The notes under the pieces are model-generated. The model was not told the DNA's origin. It saw only the letters and a list, made by a program, of their open reading frames with translations, and did no database searches. Shown piece by piece: positions 1-10,338 of a stretch of 64,000 nucleotides of DNA. The position numbers were made by a program, and so were the translations under genes. Source of the stretch: an uncultured Bacilli bacterium (GTDB taxonomy: Bacteria; Bacillota_I; Bacilli_A; RF39; UBA660); assembly GCA_944363715.1 (NCBI GenBank), contig CALVUX010000003.1, positions 8,155-72,154 of the forward strand, in the 5' to 3' direction. Within the stretch, counting starts at the first letter, position 1. The number at the start of each line of letters is the position of its first letter.

Positions 1-21
1 AATATCGATGAATAATAGGAA

Positions 22-2190
22 GTGGTAAACTTGAAAAGAAAAAAGAGAAGGAAAAATAATATAAAATATAGTAAACTTTTAATAATTACTTCTCTTTTTT
101 TGTTTGCTCTAATGATTGCTAGAGTAACTCAACTAGCTTTAGCAGAGGAAGTGGATGATACAAATTTACAAGCTTTAGCAAGACAGCGTACTACAAAAAC
201 AGATATTATAAAAGCAGAACGTGGTAATATTTATAGTAGTGATGGAGAAGCTTTAGCACAAAATGTTTCTTCATATAAGTTAGTCGCTTACCTTTCTCCA
301 TCTAGAACTACTGATGAAGATGATCCACAGCATGTAGTAGATAAAGAAAAAACTGCTAGAGAATTAGCACCTATTCTTGGTGTTAGTGAAGAAGAGATTC
401 TTAAATATCTTAGTAAAGAAGGAGTTTATCAAACAGAATTTGGTAATGCTGGTAAAGGACTTACAGAACTTACTAAAGAGAAGATAGAAGCTTTAAATTT
501 ACCAGGAATAGACTTTATAGAAAGTTTTAAAAGATATTATCCTAAAGGAGACTTTGCTTCCTACATCCTAGGTTATGCTAAAGAAGAAGTTACTACTAAT
601 GAAGATGGGGAAGAAGAGACTACTATGACTGGGGAGATGGGTATTGAAAAGTATTATGATAGTACCTTAAAAGGAGAAGATGGTTATACTACCTATCAAA
701 AAGATTTACGTGGGTATAAAATAGCAGGTACTAATGAAATAAGTAAAGAAGCTAGTGATGGTAAAGATATATATCTAACTCTTAATAGTAGTATTCAGTT
801 CTTTGTAGAACAAGCATTAAGTGAAGCGGAAGCTAACTATAATTATGAATGGTTTACAATCATGATAGCAGATGCTAAGACTGGGGCAATATTAGCATCA
901 AGTACATCTCCTTCATTTGATCCTAATAAAAGAGATATTACTAATTACTTAGATATGAATGTTTCAAGTCCATATGAGCCTGGTTCTACTATGAAGATAT
1001 TTACTTATATGGCGGCAATGGAACAAGGTGTTTATAATGGTAATGAAATATACCATTCAGGTGTTTATGTAACAAGTGATGGAACTGAAATAGGAGATCA
1101 TAATAGAGCAGGTTGGGGAGATATTACTTTTGATAAAGGTTTCGCTTTATCAAGTAACGTTGGTGTTATTAATCTAATAGATCGTCATTTATCTGCAGAT
1201 ATTCTTAGAAGTTATTTTAAGAAACTAGGATTTAGTAAAAAAACAGGTATTGAACTTCCTAATGAAGCGACAGGTGAACTAGACTTTAAATATGAAACAG
1301 AAATATTTAATGCTGGATTTGGACAAGGTATTACGACAACCCCTATTCAAAATATTCAAGCTTTAACTTCTCTTACTAATGGGGGAGTTATGTTAAAACC
1401 TTATTTAGTTGAGAAAATAGTAGATCCTGATACTGGAGAAACTGTTTATGAAGGAAAAAGAACAGAAGTAGATACTGTTGCAAGTGAAACTACTGTTAAT
1501 AAGATTAGACAGTTAATGTGGGATACTGTTAATACTCCAGGTATGACAGGTGCAGGATATCGTCTCGATGGTTATAATTTAATAGGTAAGACTGGTACAG
1601 CGCAAATAGCAGATGAAAATGGAGGAGGTTACTTAACAGGAGCTTCTGATATTATTTCATCATTTGCAGGAATTTATCCTAATGATGATCCTAAAGTTAT
1701 AATCTATGCTTCAGTTAAAAGACCTGATGGAGGTAAACAGAATGTTATTTGGAAAGCTATTAAAGATATAGTCGTTAATATAAGTAAATATTATGGAACA
1801 GATCCTGATACTACAAGTGAAGAAGAATTAACTGAATATAGTTTAACATCTTATAAAAATAAAGATATAACTGCTTCTAAGACAGAATTAGAAAGTATGG
1901 GGATGTCTGTAACTGTTGTAGGTAATGGTAATAAAGTAACTAAGCAATATCCTTCTAAAGGAGATAAAGTAACAGCAGGAACAAAGGTTTTTCTTATTAC
2001 TAATGACAGTAATTTAACTGTTCCAGATGTGAATGGTCTTTCTAGTAAACAAGCGGAAGACTTATTAAAACTTCTAGGTATTAGTGTTAAATTAGAAGGT
2101 AATGGTTATGTTACAGGTCAAAGTGTTGGGGCAGGAACAACTATTACTGATAATATGGAGATAACTTTAACATTAAATCCAAAATTTTAA
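22..2190 (+). CDS. Class B penicillin-binding protein (PBP2B/FtsI-type transpeptidase) with C-terminal PASTA-like repeats
   Basis: 722-aa ORF with an N-terminal membrane anchor (LLIITSLFLFALMIA). Transpeptidase motifs STMK, SSN and KTGT occur in canonical order. Two C-terminal repeats of PASTA type (..MGMSVTVVGNG.. and ..VNGLSSKQAEDLLKLLGISVKLEGNG..). Lies upstream of ftsA-ftsZ. Confidence 0.9.
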   Translation: MVNLKRKKRRKNNIKYSKLLIITSLFLFALMIARVTQLALAEEVDDTNLQALARQRTTKTDIIKAERGNIYSSDGEALAQNVSSYKLVAYLSPSRTTDEDDPQHVVDKEKTARELAPILGVSEEEILKYLSKEGVYQTEFGNAGKGLTELTKEKIEALNLPGIDFIESFKRYYPKGDFASYILGYAKEEVTTNEDGEEETTMTGEMGIEKYYDSTLKGEDGYTTYQKDLRGYKIAGTNEISKEASDGKDIYLTLNSSIQFFVEQALSEAEANYNYEWFTIMIADAKTGAILASSTSPSFDPNKRDITNYLDMNVSSPYEPGSTMKIFTYMAAMEQGVYNGNEIYHSGVYVTSDGTEIGDHNRAGWGDITFDKGFALSSNVGVINLIDRHLSADILRSYFKKLGFSKKTGIELPNEATGELDFKYETEIFNAGFGQGITTTPIQNIQALTSLTNGGVMLKPYLVEKIVDPDTGETVYEGKRTEVDTVASETTVNKIRQLMWDTVNTPGMTGAGYRLDGYNLIGKTGTAQIADENGGGYLTGASDIISSFAGIYPNDDPKVIIYASVKRPDGGKQNVIWKAIKDIVVNISKYYGTDPDTTSEEELTEYSLTSYKNKDITASKTELESMGMSVTVVGNGNKVTKQYPSKGDKVTAGTKVFLITNDSNLTVPDVNGLSSKQAEDLLKLLGISVKLEGNGYVTGQSVGAGTTITDNMEITLTLNPKF

Positions 2191-2377
2191 AAAAAGTATG
2201 AATTTTGTAAATTGACCCTATTTTTTAGAGTCAATTTTTAATTTTCTCTAGACGAATTTAATAAATTCAGCCCTGTTTTTAACTGAATTTATAAAATTCT
2301 CTTTTTGCATTAATCCCTCTTCCATGTTAGAGTTGTAGGCATCTGTGCAGATAAATTATTTATTATGGAGGAATTAA

Positions 2378-3232
2378 ATGCAAAAAGAAGAAAAGAAAGA
2401 AAAAGAATTTTTTACACTTTTATCTGACACAACATTTAAAAGAATGTTTAAAGATGAAGATAGTAGATTCTTTTTTGAAAAAGTAATTAAGTATTATTCT
2501 AAATTAGATTTAGAAGGGTATGAATTATATGATAATGAGATAAATAGTGGAAATGTTGCAAGAGATTATAGACTAGATGTCTTATTAAAGAAGGGTAGAG
2601 ATTTTATAATAGTAGAAATGAATAAAAATGTATCAGAAAGAGTCTTAATTAAAAACAGGATGTATCTCTTTAGTATAGCTGGTGGAGGCTTAGAAAAAGG
2701 AGAAGATTTTGTTAAGATGAAAACAGTTCTAATTAACTTTAATAATAGTCTTTATAAGATAAAACCAGATGCAATTAACGTAGATTACACCTTAAGAAAT
2801 GAGAAATATAATGATGTAATAGATGATATAAAAATACACAATATTTATCTTGAAAGTCTAAAAAATGTAAGATATAATGGAAGTAACGAAGAAGAAACAT
2901 TTATGGCAATGATGGTAGCAGACTCATATGAAGAGATGAGAGAAATTGCAAATGGATGTGAGGAGGCGTTATATATCGTGGAAAAGTTAGAAAGACTAAA
3001 TGAAGATGATAAGTTTAGAACAGATTATAATGTAGAGTTAGTTAGAAGAAAAGAGATAAATTCTGCTAGACTTGATGGCTATGATGATGGTTATGATGCT
3101 GGTGCTAAAGCAGAAAAAATCTCTATTGCTAAAAATCTTCTTAATATAGGTACGTCTAAAGAAGATATAATAAAAGTTACTGGTTTAAGCGAAGAGGAGA
3201 TAAACAACTTAATAGAAGAATTAAATAGCTGA
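2378..3232 (+). CDS. Rpn-family recombination-promoting nuclease / PD-(D/E)XK transposase-like protein
   Basis: 284-aa ORF. N-terminal pattern LLSDTTFKRMFKDE...RLDVLLKKGRDFIIVEMN matches the Rpn/YhgA-like nuclease core. C-terminal AKNLLNIGTSKEDIIKVTGLSEEEI tail is typical of the family. Confidence 0.65.
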   Translation: MQKEEKKEKEFFTLLSDTTFKRMFKDEDSRFFFEKVIKYYSKLDLEGYELYDNEINSGNVARDYRLDVLLKKGRDFIIVEMNKNVSERVLIKNRMYLFSIAGGGLEKGEDFVKMKTVLINFNNSLYKIKPDAINVDYTLRNEKYNDVIDDIKIHNIYLESLKNVRYNGSNEEETFMAMMVADSYEEMREIANGCEEALYIVEKLERLNEDDKFRTDYNVELVRRKEINSARLDGYDDGYDAGAKAEKISIAKNLLNIGTSKEDIIKVTGLSEEEINNLIEELNS

Positions 3233-3245
3233 TAGCAACAAGAAT

Positions 3246-3518
3246 GCGTTATATATCGTGGATAAGTTAGAAAGACTAAATGAAGAAGATAAATTTAGAA
3301 CAGATTACAATGTATAGTTAGTTAGAAGAAAAGAGATAAACTAGACAAGGATTGATGGCTATGATGCTGGTTATGATGCTGGTTATGATGCTGGTGTTAA
3401 AGAAAGAGAAAAATCAATTGCCAAGAATCTTCTTAAATTAGGTATACCTATAGAAGTAGTATTTAAAAATACAGGACTAAGTATAGAAGAACTTGAAAAA
3501 ATAAAGAAAGAAATGTGA
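3246..3518 (+). pseudogene. 3' fragment of a second Rpn-family gene (in-frame stops)
   Basis: 3246-3518 aligns by eye with 2966-3232, the 3' end of the upstream gene. It carries stop codons (gta TAG tta; aac TAG aca) and an expanded GATGCTGGTTAT (GYDA) repeat. Confidence 0.7.
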
Positions 3519-3534
3519 TTGTTTCTTTCTTTTT
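3503..3534 (+). terminator. Rho-independent terminator
   Basis: 11-bp stem aaagaaagaaa / tttctttcttt with an 8-nt loop, followed by a T run. Confidence 0.7.
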
Positions 3535-3678
3535 AAACATATAAAACTTAAAATTTCCTTGTTTATTATCGTTAGTTTTCAAAAATGCTTGTTAAAAAAT
3601 CATTAATTATGTATAATTAATCTATAGAGTAAGAAAGGGTAAATGAACTTTGTGGCAGAAAGGTAGTGGTGTTAATTC

Positions 3679-4914
3679 ATGAATCATATCTATACAGGTC
3701 TTGATATAGGAAATGGTGAAATTAAAATAGTAGTAGTAAATGCTAATAATAGCAATTATCATGTTTTAGCATCTACCTCAGTTAAGACATTAGGATTAAA
3801 GAAGAATACAATCTATGATGAGAAAAAGCTTAAAAACACTCTTTTAAGAGCTTTAAAAAATACAGAAGAAAAGATAGGAATGAAAATTAGAGAAGTAATA
3901 TTAACTTTGCCTGCCAATAGAGCTAGTATGACTATAGAAAGTGGACTTGTTAATATAAGAGGAGAGAAAGTTACTGGTAAAGATATAGAGAATGTTATTC
4001 GTGATACTGTAGAGGATACTTATGATAATACAAGAGAGCTTGTTAGTTGTTTACCAATATCTTTTACTGTAGATGATGAAGCTAGTGTTATTAATCCTTT
4101 AGGAGAAGTTGGAGAAAAATTGTTCTTAAAGTCAGTAGTTGCAACTTCTCCAAAAGAAGAAATCTATCCTTTTATAAATCTTGTTAGAAGTATAGGAATC
4201 AATATTACTGATATTATTTATAATACGCAAGGAGATTATTATACTATTGCTACTAAAGAATTAGATAGAAAAATGGGTGCTATTATTAATATAGGTGCTG
4301 ATATTACTAGTGTTGGTGTTTTTAATAAAGGTATAATGATAAAAAACTCATATATTCCTGTTGGTAGCAGTAGTGTAGATAAAGATATTGCCTTTGTTTA
4401 TAAATTAGATTTAAAAGAAGCTAAGAGTCTAAAAGAAACTTTTGCCTTAACTTCAGCTAGATATGCAGATAACAATGATGATATTACAGTAGTAGATAAA
4501 GAAAATAAAAAAATAACTATAAATCAAACACAAATATCAGAAGTTATTGAATCAAGAATAAAAGAAATCTTAAAACTTGCAAAAAATGAAATAAATCGCT
4601 TAACAAAAAGAGAAATAAGTTATATAATTGTAGTAGGTGGTATTAGTGAGCTTGCAGGTTTTAACTATGTAGTAGAAGAAACTTTAGGTATTAAAGCTAG
4701 TTGTTTTAATATGAAAGTGCTAGGTGCTAGACATAATAAATACACAAGTGCCTTTGGAAGTTGTAAATATTTTGATAAGAAATGTATGTTAAAAGAAAAG
4801 AGCATTGATATGTTTTCTTTAGATGAAATTGAGAGTTTTATATCACCTAAGAAGAAAAATATGAATAATGATGCAATGACAAATAGATTTTTTGGTCACT
4901 TTTTTGAAAACTAA
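3679..4914 (+). CDS. ftsA: Cell division protein FtsA
   Basis: 411-aa actin-like ATPase fold pattern (GLDIGNGEIKIVV..., IINIGADITSVGVF, VVGGISEL). Immediately upstream of ftsZ. Confidence 0.9.
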   Translation: MNHIYTGLDIGNGEIKIVVVNANNSNYHVLASTSVKTLGLKKNTIYDEKKLKNTLLRALKNTEEKIGMKIREVILTLPANRASMTIESGLVNIRGEKVTGKDIENVIRDTVEDTYDNTRELVSCLPISFTVDDEASVINPLGEVGEKLFLKSVVATSPKEEIYPFINLVRSIGINITDIIYNTQGDYYTIATKELDRKMGAIINIGADITSVGVFNKGIMIKNSYIPVGSSSVDKDIAFVYKLDLKEAKSLKETFALTSARYADNNDDITVVDKENKKITINQTQISEVIESRIKEILKLAKNEINRLTKREISYIIVVGGISELAGFNYVVEETLGIKASCFNMKVLGARHNKYTSAFGSCKYFDKKCMLKEKSIDMFSLDEIESFISPKKKNMNNDAMTNRFFGHFFEN

Positions 4915-4930
4915 TTAAGGAGGAACAAAC

Positions 4931-6064
4931 ATGGGAAACGGACTAGAAATGGATCAATTAGCGAAAATAAAAGTAATCGGCTGCGGTGGCGGCGGCGGTA
5001 ATGCTGTAAATAGAATGGTAGAATCAGGGGTTAAAGGTGTAGAATTTATAGTTGCTAATACCGATTTACAAGTATTAAATAATTCTAAAGCTGATGTAAA
5101 AATTCAATTAGGAGCTAATTTAACAGATGGACTTGGAGCTGGATCTCGTCCTGATATTGGTAGAGAAGCTGCTTTAGAGTCAAAAAAAGAGTTAGAGGAT
5201 GCTTTAACTGGTGCTGATATGGTATTTATTACTTGTGGAATGGGTGGAGGAACAGGAACAGGTGCTGCTCCTGTTGTTGCAGAAATTGCTCAAGCTCTTG
5301 GTGCCTTAACAGTAGCTATTGTCACTAAGCCATTTACTTTTGAAGGAAAAAAGAGAATGGATAATGCATTAAAAGGATTAGCAGAACTTGAAAAACATGT
5401 TGATACCCTAATTGTTATTCCAAATGATCGTTTAAGAGAAATTATAGATAAAACAACACCGATGTTAGAAGCATTTAAAGAAGTAGATAATGTTTTACGT
5501 AGAGGTGTACAATCTATTTCAGATTTAATCGCTGTAGTAGGACTTGTTAACCTTGACTTTGCAGATGTTCAATCAGTAATGAAAGATTCAGGACGTGCTA
5601 TTATTGGTATTGGTATTGGTATGGGAGAAGATAGAGCTTTAGAAGCAGCTCAACAAGCGGTATCTAGTCCATTACTTGAAACTAGTATTAGTGGAGCAAC
5701 AGATGCTATTATTAATATAACTGGTGGTGTTAACCTTACTCTATTTGAAGCAGAGCAAGCTGCTGAAGTAGTAAGAGCTGCATCAGGTAATGATATTAAT
5801 ACTATATTTGGTTCTGTTATAAATGAGAATTTATCAGATGAAGTTATTGTTACAGTAATTGCTACAGGATTTAATAAGAAAGACCAAGGTGAAACTAAAC
5901 AACCAGTCTTCTCAAATGCTGCTCCTTCTAGAAGAAGTCGTGAAGAAGTATCATATGTTGCAACAATGCCTCAAAACAATAATGACGATGATGATGACGA
6001 TGGAGAGTTATTAGATGACACTGATTATGATTTTCCACCATTCTTAAGAGATAAAAACTTTTAG
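4931..6064 (+). CDS. ftsZ: Cell division GTPase FtsZ
   Basis: Tubulin signature [13 protein letters not shown] and N-terminal [17 protein letters not shown]. Acidic linker and conserved C-terminal peptide DFPPFLR. Strong RBS aaggagg. Confidence 0.98.
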   Translation: MGNGLEMDQLAKIKVIGCGGGGGNAVNRMVESGVKGVEFIVANTDLQVLNNSKADVKIQLGANLTDGLGAGSRPDIGREAALESKKELEDALTGADMVFITCGMGGGTGTGAAPVVAEIAQALGALTVAIVTKPFTFEGKKRMDNALKGLAELEKHVDTLIVIPNDRLREIIDKTTPMLEAFKEVDNVLRRGVQSISDLIAVVGLVNLDFADVQSVMKDSGRAIIGIGIGMGEDRALEAAQQAVSSPLLETSISGATDAIINITGGVNLTLFEAEQAAEVVRAASGNDINTIFGSVINENLSDEVIVTVIATGFNKKDQGETKQPVFSNAAPSRRSREEVSYVATMPQNNNDDDDDDGELLDDTDYDFPPFLRDKNF

Positions 6065-6071
6065 AAATAAG

Positions 6072-6093
6072 TCTAGTGAAAACTAGATTTTTT
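6072..6093 (+). terminator. Rho-independent terminator after ftsZ
   Basis: Stem tctagt / actaga, loop gaaa, then tttttt. Confidence 0.7.
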
Positions 6094-6185
6094 CTTTCTA
6101 TTATGATGTTAATCGTTGCCTAATCTCTAAATTTAATATATACTAAGATTGATTAAATTATTATACATGAATGGAGGTGCTTCTT

Positions 6186-7334
6186 ATGAAAAAGAAAATA
6201 TCTATATTATCACTACATCTTGGATATGGTGGAGTAGAAAAAGCGATTGTATCACTTGCAAACTCTCTTGTTAAATTAAATAAATATGATATCGAAATAG
6301 TATCTATTTATAGACTTTATGATAAGCCTGTATTTGATATAGATGAAAAAGTAAAAGTTACTTATTTACTTTCATCAAAACTAAATCCTAATAGAAAAGA
6401 ATGGAGTGAAGCTTTACATAATTTAAAATTAATAAGTCTTGGAAAAGAATCTTTGAAAAGCCTTAAAATATTATATAAAAGACGTAAAAGTATGGTAGAT
6501 TATATAAAAAATACTGATGCCGATGTTATTATTTCAACTCGTGTTTTCTTAAATGAATTATTAAGTGAATATGGTAAAGATAATACTTTAAAAATAGGTT
6601 GGGAACATAATCATTATCATGATGATATGAAATATGCTACAGATGTTATTAGAAGTGCTAAAAACTTAGATTATTTTGTTTTAGTATCTAAAGGACTACA
6701 GAAGTTTTATCATAAGAAAATGCGTTCTTTTAAATGTAAATGTATCTATATACCTAATGCTATTGAAAATATTCCTAAAACTAAGAGCCCTTTAACAGAC
6801 GAACACTTAATATCAGTTGGAAGATTATCTCCTGAAAAGGGCTATTTAGATTTATTAAAAATATATCTAGATTTAAAGAATAAGAAATGTAAATGGCATT
6901 TAGATATCGTAGGAGATGGAAGTGAACGTAGTAAGTTAGAGAGATTTATTAAAGAAAATAACTTAGAAAATGATGTTACACTTCATGGCTTTAAAAATAG
7001 TAAAGAAATAGAGAAATTAATGCACAAAGCTAGTATTTATGTTATGACTAGTTATACAGAGAGTTTTGGTATAGTGTTACTTGAAGCGATGAGTAATGGC
7101 TTGCCTTGTATTGCTTTTGATTCTGCTGAAGGTGCTAAAGAGGTTATTACTTCAGGACGTGATGGATACTTAATAAAACATCGTAACTTTAAAGCAATGG
7201 AGAAAAAGATATTAGATTTAACTAAAGATATAGAGATAAGAAGAGAATTAGGTAAAAATGGAAGACGTAAAGTAAAGGGATATATTTCTGATAATGTGTG
7301 TACATCTTGGGAAAAAATAATTGAAAGAAAGTGA
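6186..7334 (+). CDS. Family 4 glycosyltransferase
   Basis: GT4/GT-B pattern (GGVEKAIVSLAN..., C-terminal E..FGIVLLEAMSNGLPCIAFD). Start moved to the ATG at 6186, which follows RBS ggaggtg. Confidence 0.8.
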   Translation: MKKKISILSLHLGYGGVEKAIVSLANSLVKLNKYDIEIVSIYRLYDKPVFDIDEKVKVTYLLSSKLNPNRKEWSEALHNLKLISLGKESLKSLKILYKRRKSMVDYIKNTDADVIISTRVFLNELLSEYGKDNTLKIGWEHNHYHDDMKYATDVIRSAKNLDYFVLVSKGLQKFYHKKMRSFKCKCIYIPNAIENIPKTKSPLTDEHLISVGRLSPEKGYLDLLKIYLDLKNKKCKWHLDIVGDGSERSKLERFIKENNLENDVTLHGFKNSKEIEKLMHKASIYVMTSYTESFGIVLLEAMSNGLPCIAFDSAEGAKEVITSGRDGYLIKHRNFKAMEKKILDLTKDIEIRRELGKNGRRKVKGYISDNVCTSWEKIIERK

Positions 7335-7813
7335 TGAAATTGAGAAAAGTAATGTTTATATCAAGTACAGGAGGACATTTAACTGAACTTTTGCAACTTG
7401 ATAGTATTATAAAAAACTATGATTATTCCCTAATAACAGAGAAGACTAAAGCGAATAATAAACTAAAAAGAAAATATAAAAATACTAACTTTCTTTTATA
7501 TGGTACTAAAGACCATAAATTAACATATCCCTTTAAATTACTTGCTAATTGTTTTATTAGTCTTTTCCTATATTTTAAATATCAACCTGATTATATCGTT
7601 ACAACAGGTGCTCATACGGCAGGACCAATGTGCTGTATCGGAAGAATCTTTGGTAGTAAAATAATCTATATAGAATCATTCGCTAATATTAAAACTAAAA
7701 CTATTACAGGTACACTTTTCTATAAGTTCCATATCGCTAATCTTTTCATAGTACAGTGGAGACCTATGTTGAAACTTTATCCTAAAGCGACATATGGAGG
7801 GTGGTGTTTCTAA
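7331..7813 (+). CDS. Alg14-like membrane subunit of a split UDP-sugar glycosyltransferase
   Basis: 160 aa with the SSTGGHLTELLQL motif typical of Alg14/PssD-like proteins. Stop overlaps the start of the Alg13-like gene (TAATG). Confidence 0.6.
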   Translation: MMKLRKVMFISSTGGHLTELLQLDSIIKNYDYSLITEKTKANNKLKRKYKNTNFLLYGTKDHKLTYPFKLLANCFISLFLYFKYQPDYIVTTGAHTAGPMCCIGRIFGSKIIYIESFANIKTKTITGTLFYKFHIANLFIVQWRPMLKLYPKATYGGWCF

Positions 7814-8613
7814 TGATTTTAGTAACTCTAGGTACACAAGATAAAAGTTTTGAAAGATTATTAAAAGCGATTGATAAAGAAATAGAAAAAGGTAATATCA
7901 AAGATAAAGTATTAGTTCAAGCAGGTTATACAAAATATAAAAGTAAAAATATGGAGATATTTAAAAGTGTCTCAAATGATAGATTAGAAGAACTTATGGA
8001 AGAAGCTTCACTTATCATTACTCATGGTGGAGTAGGTAGTATTCTAACCGCTTTAAAGCATCATAAAAAAGTAATCGCAACCCCAAGACTTTCTAAATAT
8101 AATGAACATACTAATGATCATCAAAAACAAATAATAGAAGAATTTGGTAGATTAGGTTATATTATACCTTTAAAAGATTTAACTAAGTTAGATAAAATGT
8201 TAATTAAAAGTAAAACATTTAAACCTAAAGAGTTTAATAGTAATAATGAAAACTTTAAAGAATTAATTACTAATTATATAGAAGATTCTAATCATATTAG
8301 TTGGTTTAATCGAGATAAGTTTGTTATTTTAACAGCATTACTTAATCTATTTATCTTTTACCTATTAAATCTTACAGGTATGAACATCTATTTAAACTTT
8401 ACTATTACCTACACCATCTCTTGCTTATTTATGGCTTTATTTAAAACAAAGAAACTTTCTAATATAATAACATCTATTATATGCTTTTATTTAATAGAAG
8501 GATTATCTTTATTACTACTTGTAGATAACTTACATATTGATGTTATCCTTTCTAAGTTTTTAATTAATATACTAGTAGTAATTATTTATCATTTTTTAGT
8601 TAAGAAAAATTAA
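7813..8613 (+). CDS. Alg13-like (glycosyltransferase 28 C-terminal domain) catalytic subunit fused to a C-terminal multi-helix membrane domain
   Basis: N-terminal ILVTLGTQDKSFERLL...ITHGGVGSIL pattern of Alg13/PssE-like proteins. The last ~100 aa are strongly hydrophobic (3-4 predicted helices, GtrA-like in composition). Confidence 0.6.
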   Translation: MILVTLGTQDKSFERLLKAIDKEIEKGNIKDKVLVQAGYTKYKSKNMEIFKSVSNDRLEELMEEASLIITHGGVGSILTALKHHKKVIATPRLSKYNEHTNDHQKQIIEEFGRLGYIIPLKDLTKLDKMLIKSKTFKPKEFNSNNENFKELITNYIEDSNHISWFNRDKFVILTALLNLFIFYLLNLTGMNIYLNFTITYTISCLFMALFKTKKLSNIITSIICFYLIEGLSLLLLVDNLHIDVILSKFLINILVVIIYHFLVKKN

Positions 8614-8635
8614 ATTAATTAAACAGGGGGACTTT

Positions 8636-9337
8636 ATGAATATAAATATTATCAAAGAAAAGATAAAATTACATAAATATTATCTTATAACTATAATTAT
8701 TATGCTTATAATTATCATAATTATGGGTATTTCTTTACTTACAGAAGAAAATACTACTTTTACTAATCCTTATGAAGTAAAGGTGAATCCTAATGATAAT
8801 TTCTTATTCTTAGGAGATTCTATTACAGATTTTTATCCTTTAGAAGAGTATTATGATAACTTGCCAGTTGTAAATAGTGGAATTGCTGGTAATAAGACAA
8901 TAGATATCTTAAATGATATGGAAACTAGAGTTTATCAATATAATCCTACTAAAGTCTTTTTATTAATAGGTACTAATGATTTAGATATGACTAGTGAAGA
9001 TATTGTTGATACTACTTTTAATAATATTAAAAGAATAGTAAAAGAGATAAAAGAAAATAGAAGTGAATCAACTATATATGTAGAAAGTGTTTATCCTGTA
9101 AATTCTACTTTAGAAAATAATACTGTTAATAATAGAACTAATAAGAAGATTAAAGATTTAAATAAAAAAATATCTAATTACTGTGATGGTGAAAGTTGTA
9201 ATTATATTAATTTATATGATGATTTAATAGATGATGAAGGTAATTTAAAAGAAAAGTATACTGAAGATGGCCTACATTTAAATAGTTTAGGATATGTTGT
9301 GATTACAAGAGAGTTATTACCATATTTAAATGAATAA
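8636..9337 (+). CDS. SGNH/GDSL-family hydrolase, membrane anchored
   Basis: Blocks FLGDSITD, GIAGN, GTND and DGLHLN in SGNH order. N-terminal TM helix. Confidence 0.75.
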   Translation: MNINIIKEKIKLHKYYLITIIIMLIIIIIMGISLLTEENTTFTNPYEVKVNPNDNFLFLGDSITDFYPLEEYYDNLPVVNSGIAGNKTIDILNDMETRVYQYNPTKVFLLIGTNDLDMTSEDIVDTTFNNIKRIVKEIKENRSESTIYVESVYPVNSTLENNTVNNRTNKKIKDLNKKISNYCDGESCNYINLYDDLIDDEGNLKEKYTEDGLHLNSLGYVVITRELLPYLNE

Positions 9338-10172
9338 GGAAAAAAATATGACAACATATAAGAGAATAATAGATACTTTAATTAAAGAAGATAAAGTTAA
9401 TGAATTTTATAGGTTTCAAGGATCTTATAGTTTTGAATATTTTAATATTAAAAGTAATAGGTTTGATGATAGTAACCATTATATATATTTTTCTAGAACA
9501 AGAAGTCATCATTATTACTTTACTATTAGAAGAATAAGACAGTTATTAAATAAAGTGGTATTAAATGATACTACATATAGTATTTCTAATAAAGAATTAG
9601 AAAATGAAGAGAGTTTTAAAAAGATTATTAATATAGTTCTAAATCAAGAAAACTTAAAAGGTTTAAAATCAATATCTTTAGTATGTGATAATACCTATTA
9701 TCAATTATTAAAAGAAAATAGCATTTATAATATGATAAAAAAGAATTCTCCTTATTTAATAGAAAGAGTAGATAGAAGAATATATGGAGGAGGATATGGT
9801 GTTAGTAGTGCATGGTTGGCCTTATTAAATGATTTAACTCTTTTCTCATCGTGTGTTAGAATAACCAGTATTGATATTTTAAACATTTTAAAGAATATGA
9901 GAAGAGAAAAGAAATTAACTTCACCTTGCTTGATAAGTAATATCTTAGATAATAAAGAAAGAATCTATAGACTATCAGATAATCTTTATGATGATTTTCA
10001 TAAATATAATATTATGAATGATTTAGAAACAATTTATGAACATAAATTATATTTTGAAAATAGTAGTTTTGCTACTAATCCATCTAAAAATATTAAAGAT
10101 ATTTTAGTAAATTATCAAAGAAATAGAGAAAAAGTTTTAAAATTAGTAGATACTAGTTATAAGAAATATTAG
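9330..10172 (+). CDS. Hypothetical protein
   Basis: 280-aa ORF overlapping the upstream stop. No motif recognised. Confidence 0.45.
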   Translation: MNKEKNMTTYKRIIDTLIKEDKVNEFYRFQGSYSFEYFNIKSNRFDDSNHYIYFSRTRSHHYYFTIRRIRQLLNKVVLNDTTYSISNKELENEESFKKIINIVLNQENLKGLKSISLVCDNTYYQLLKENSIYNMIKKNSPYLIERVDRRIYGGGYGVSSAWLALLNDLTLFSSCVRITSIDILNILKNMRREKKLTSPCLISNILDNKERIYRLSDNLYDDFHKYNIMNDLETIYEHKLYFENSSFATNPSKNIKDILVNYQRNREKVLKLVDTSYKKY

Positions 10173-10180
10173 AAAAGTAT

Positions 10181-10209
10181 TTGACTAGATGCGGCTTTTA
10201 TGCTAAAAT
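10181..10209 (+). promoter_or_regulatory. Sigma-A type promoter of the rplU operon
   Basis: TTGACT, 17-nt spacer, TAAAAT, with a TGn extended -10 (tatGCtaaaat). Confidence 0.65.
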
Positions 10210-10215
10210 CATATT

Positions 10216-10325
10216 GTTTGTAGCTTGTTATACCTCTATTTGAGTGAAAGCTGTAAACCGCATTGAAGAGGTAGAAATTGTTAATATGAGAACAATACCT
10301 TAAGAGCGAGTCTTTAGTTTAAAAA
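10216..10325 (+). ncRNA. Structured 5' leader upstream of rplU (putative L21-leader type element)
   Basis: ~110-nt untranslated leader with stems tacctct/agaggta and ttgtt/aacaa. Its position before rplU-prp-rpmA matches the Firmicutes L21 leader. Not verified against a covariance model. Confidence 0.4.
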
Positions 10326-10338
10326 AGGAGGTTAAAAA

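Noticed and set aside
2190-2377. Two hairpins (attgaccct.../...agagtcaat and aaattcag/ctgaattt) as a possible riboswitch or mobile-element end upstream of the Rpn gene
   Set aside because: They are adequately explained as the PBP terminator plus a second simple stem-loop. No conserved riboswitch core or inverted terminal repeat partner was seen.
3357-3392. 12-nt tandem repeat GATGCTGGTTAT x3 as an independent repeat element
   Set aside because: It is the GYDA-coding motif of the Rpn-family C-terminus, expanded within the pseudogene fragment. The intact gene has the same motif at 3075-3107.
5976-6003. Run of Asp codons (gacgatgatgatgacgat) in ftsZ
   Set aside because: It encodes the acidic part of the normal disordered FtsZ C-terminal linker preceding the conserved DFPPFLR peptide. 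It is not a slippage artefact or a separate feature.
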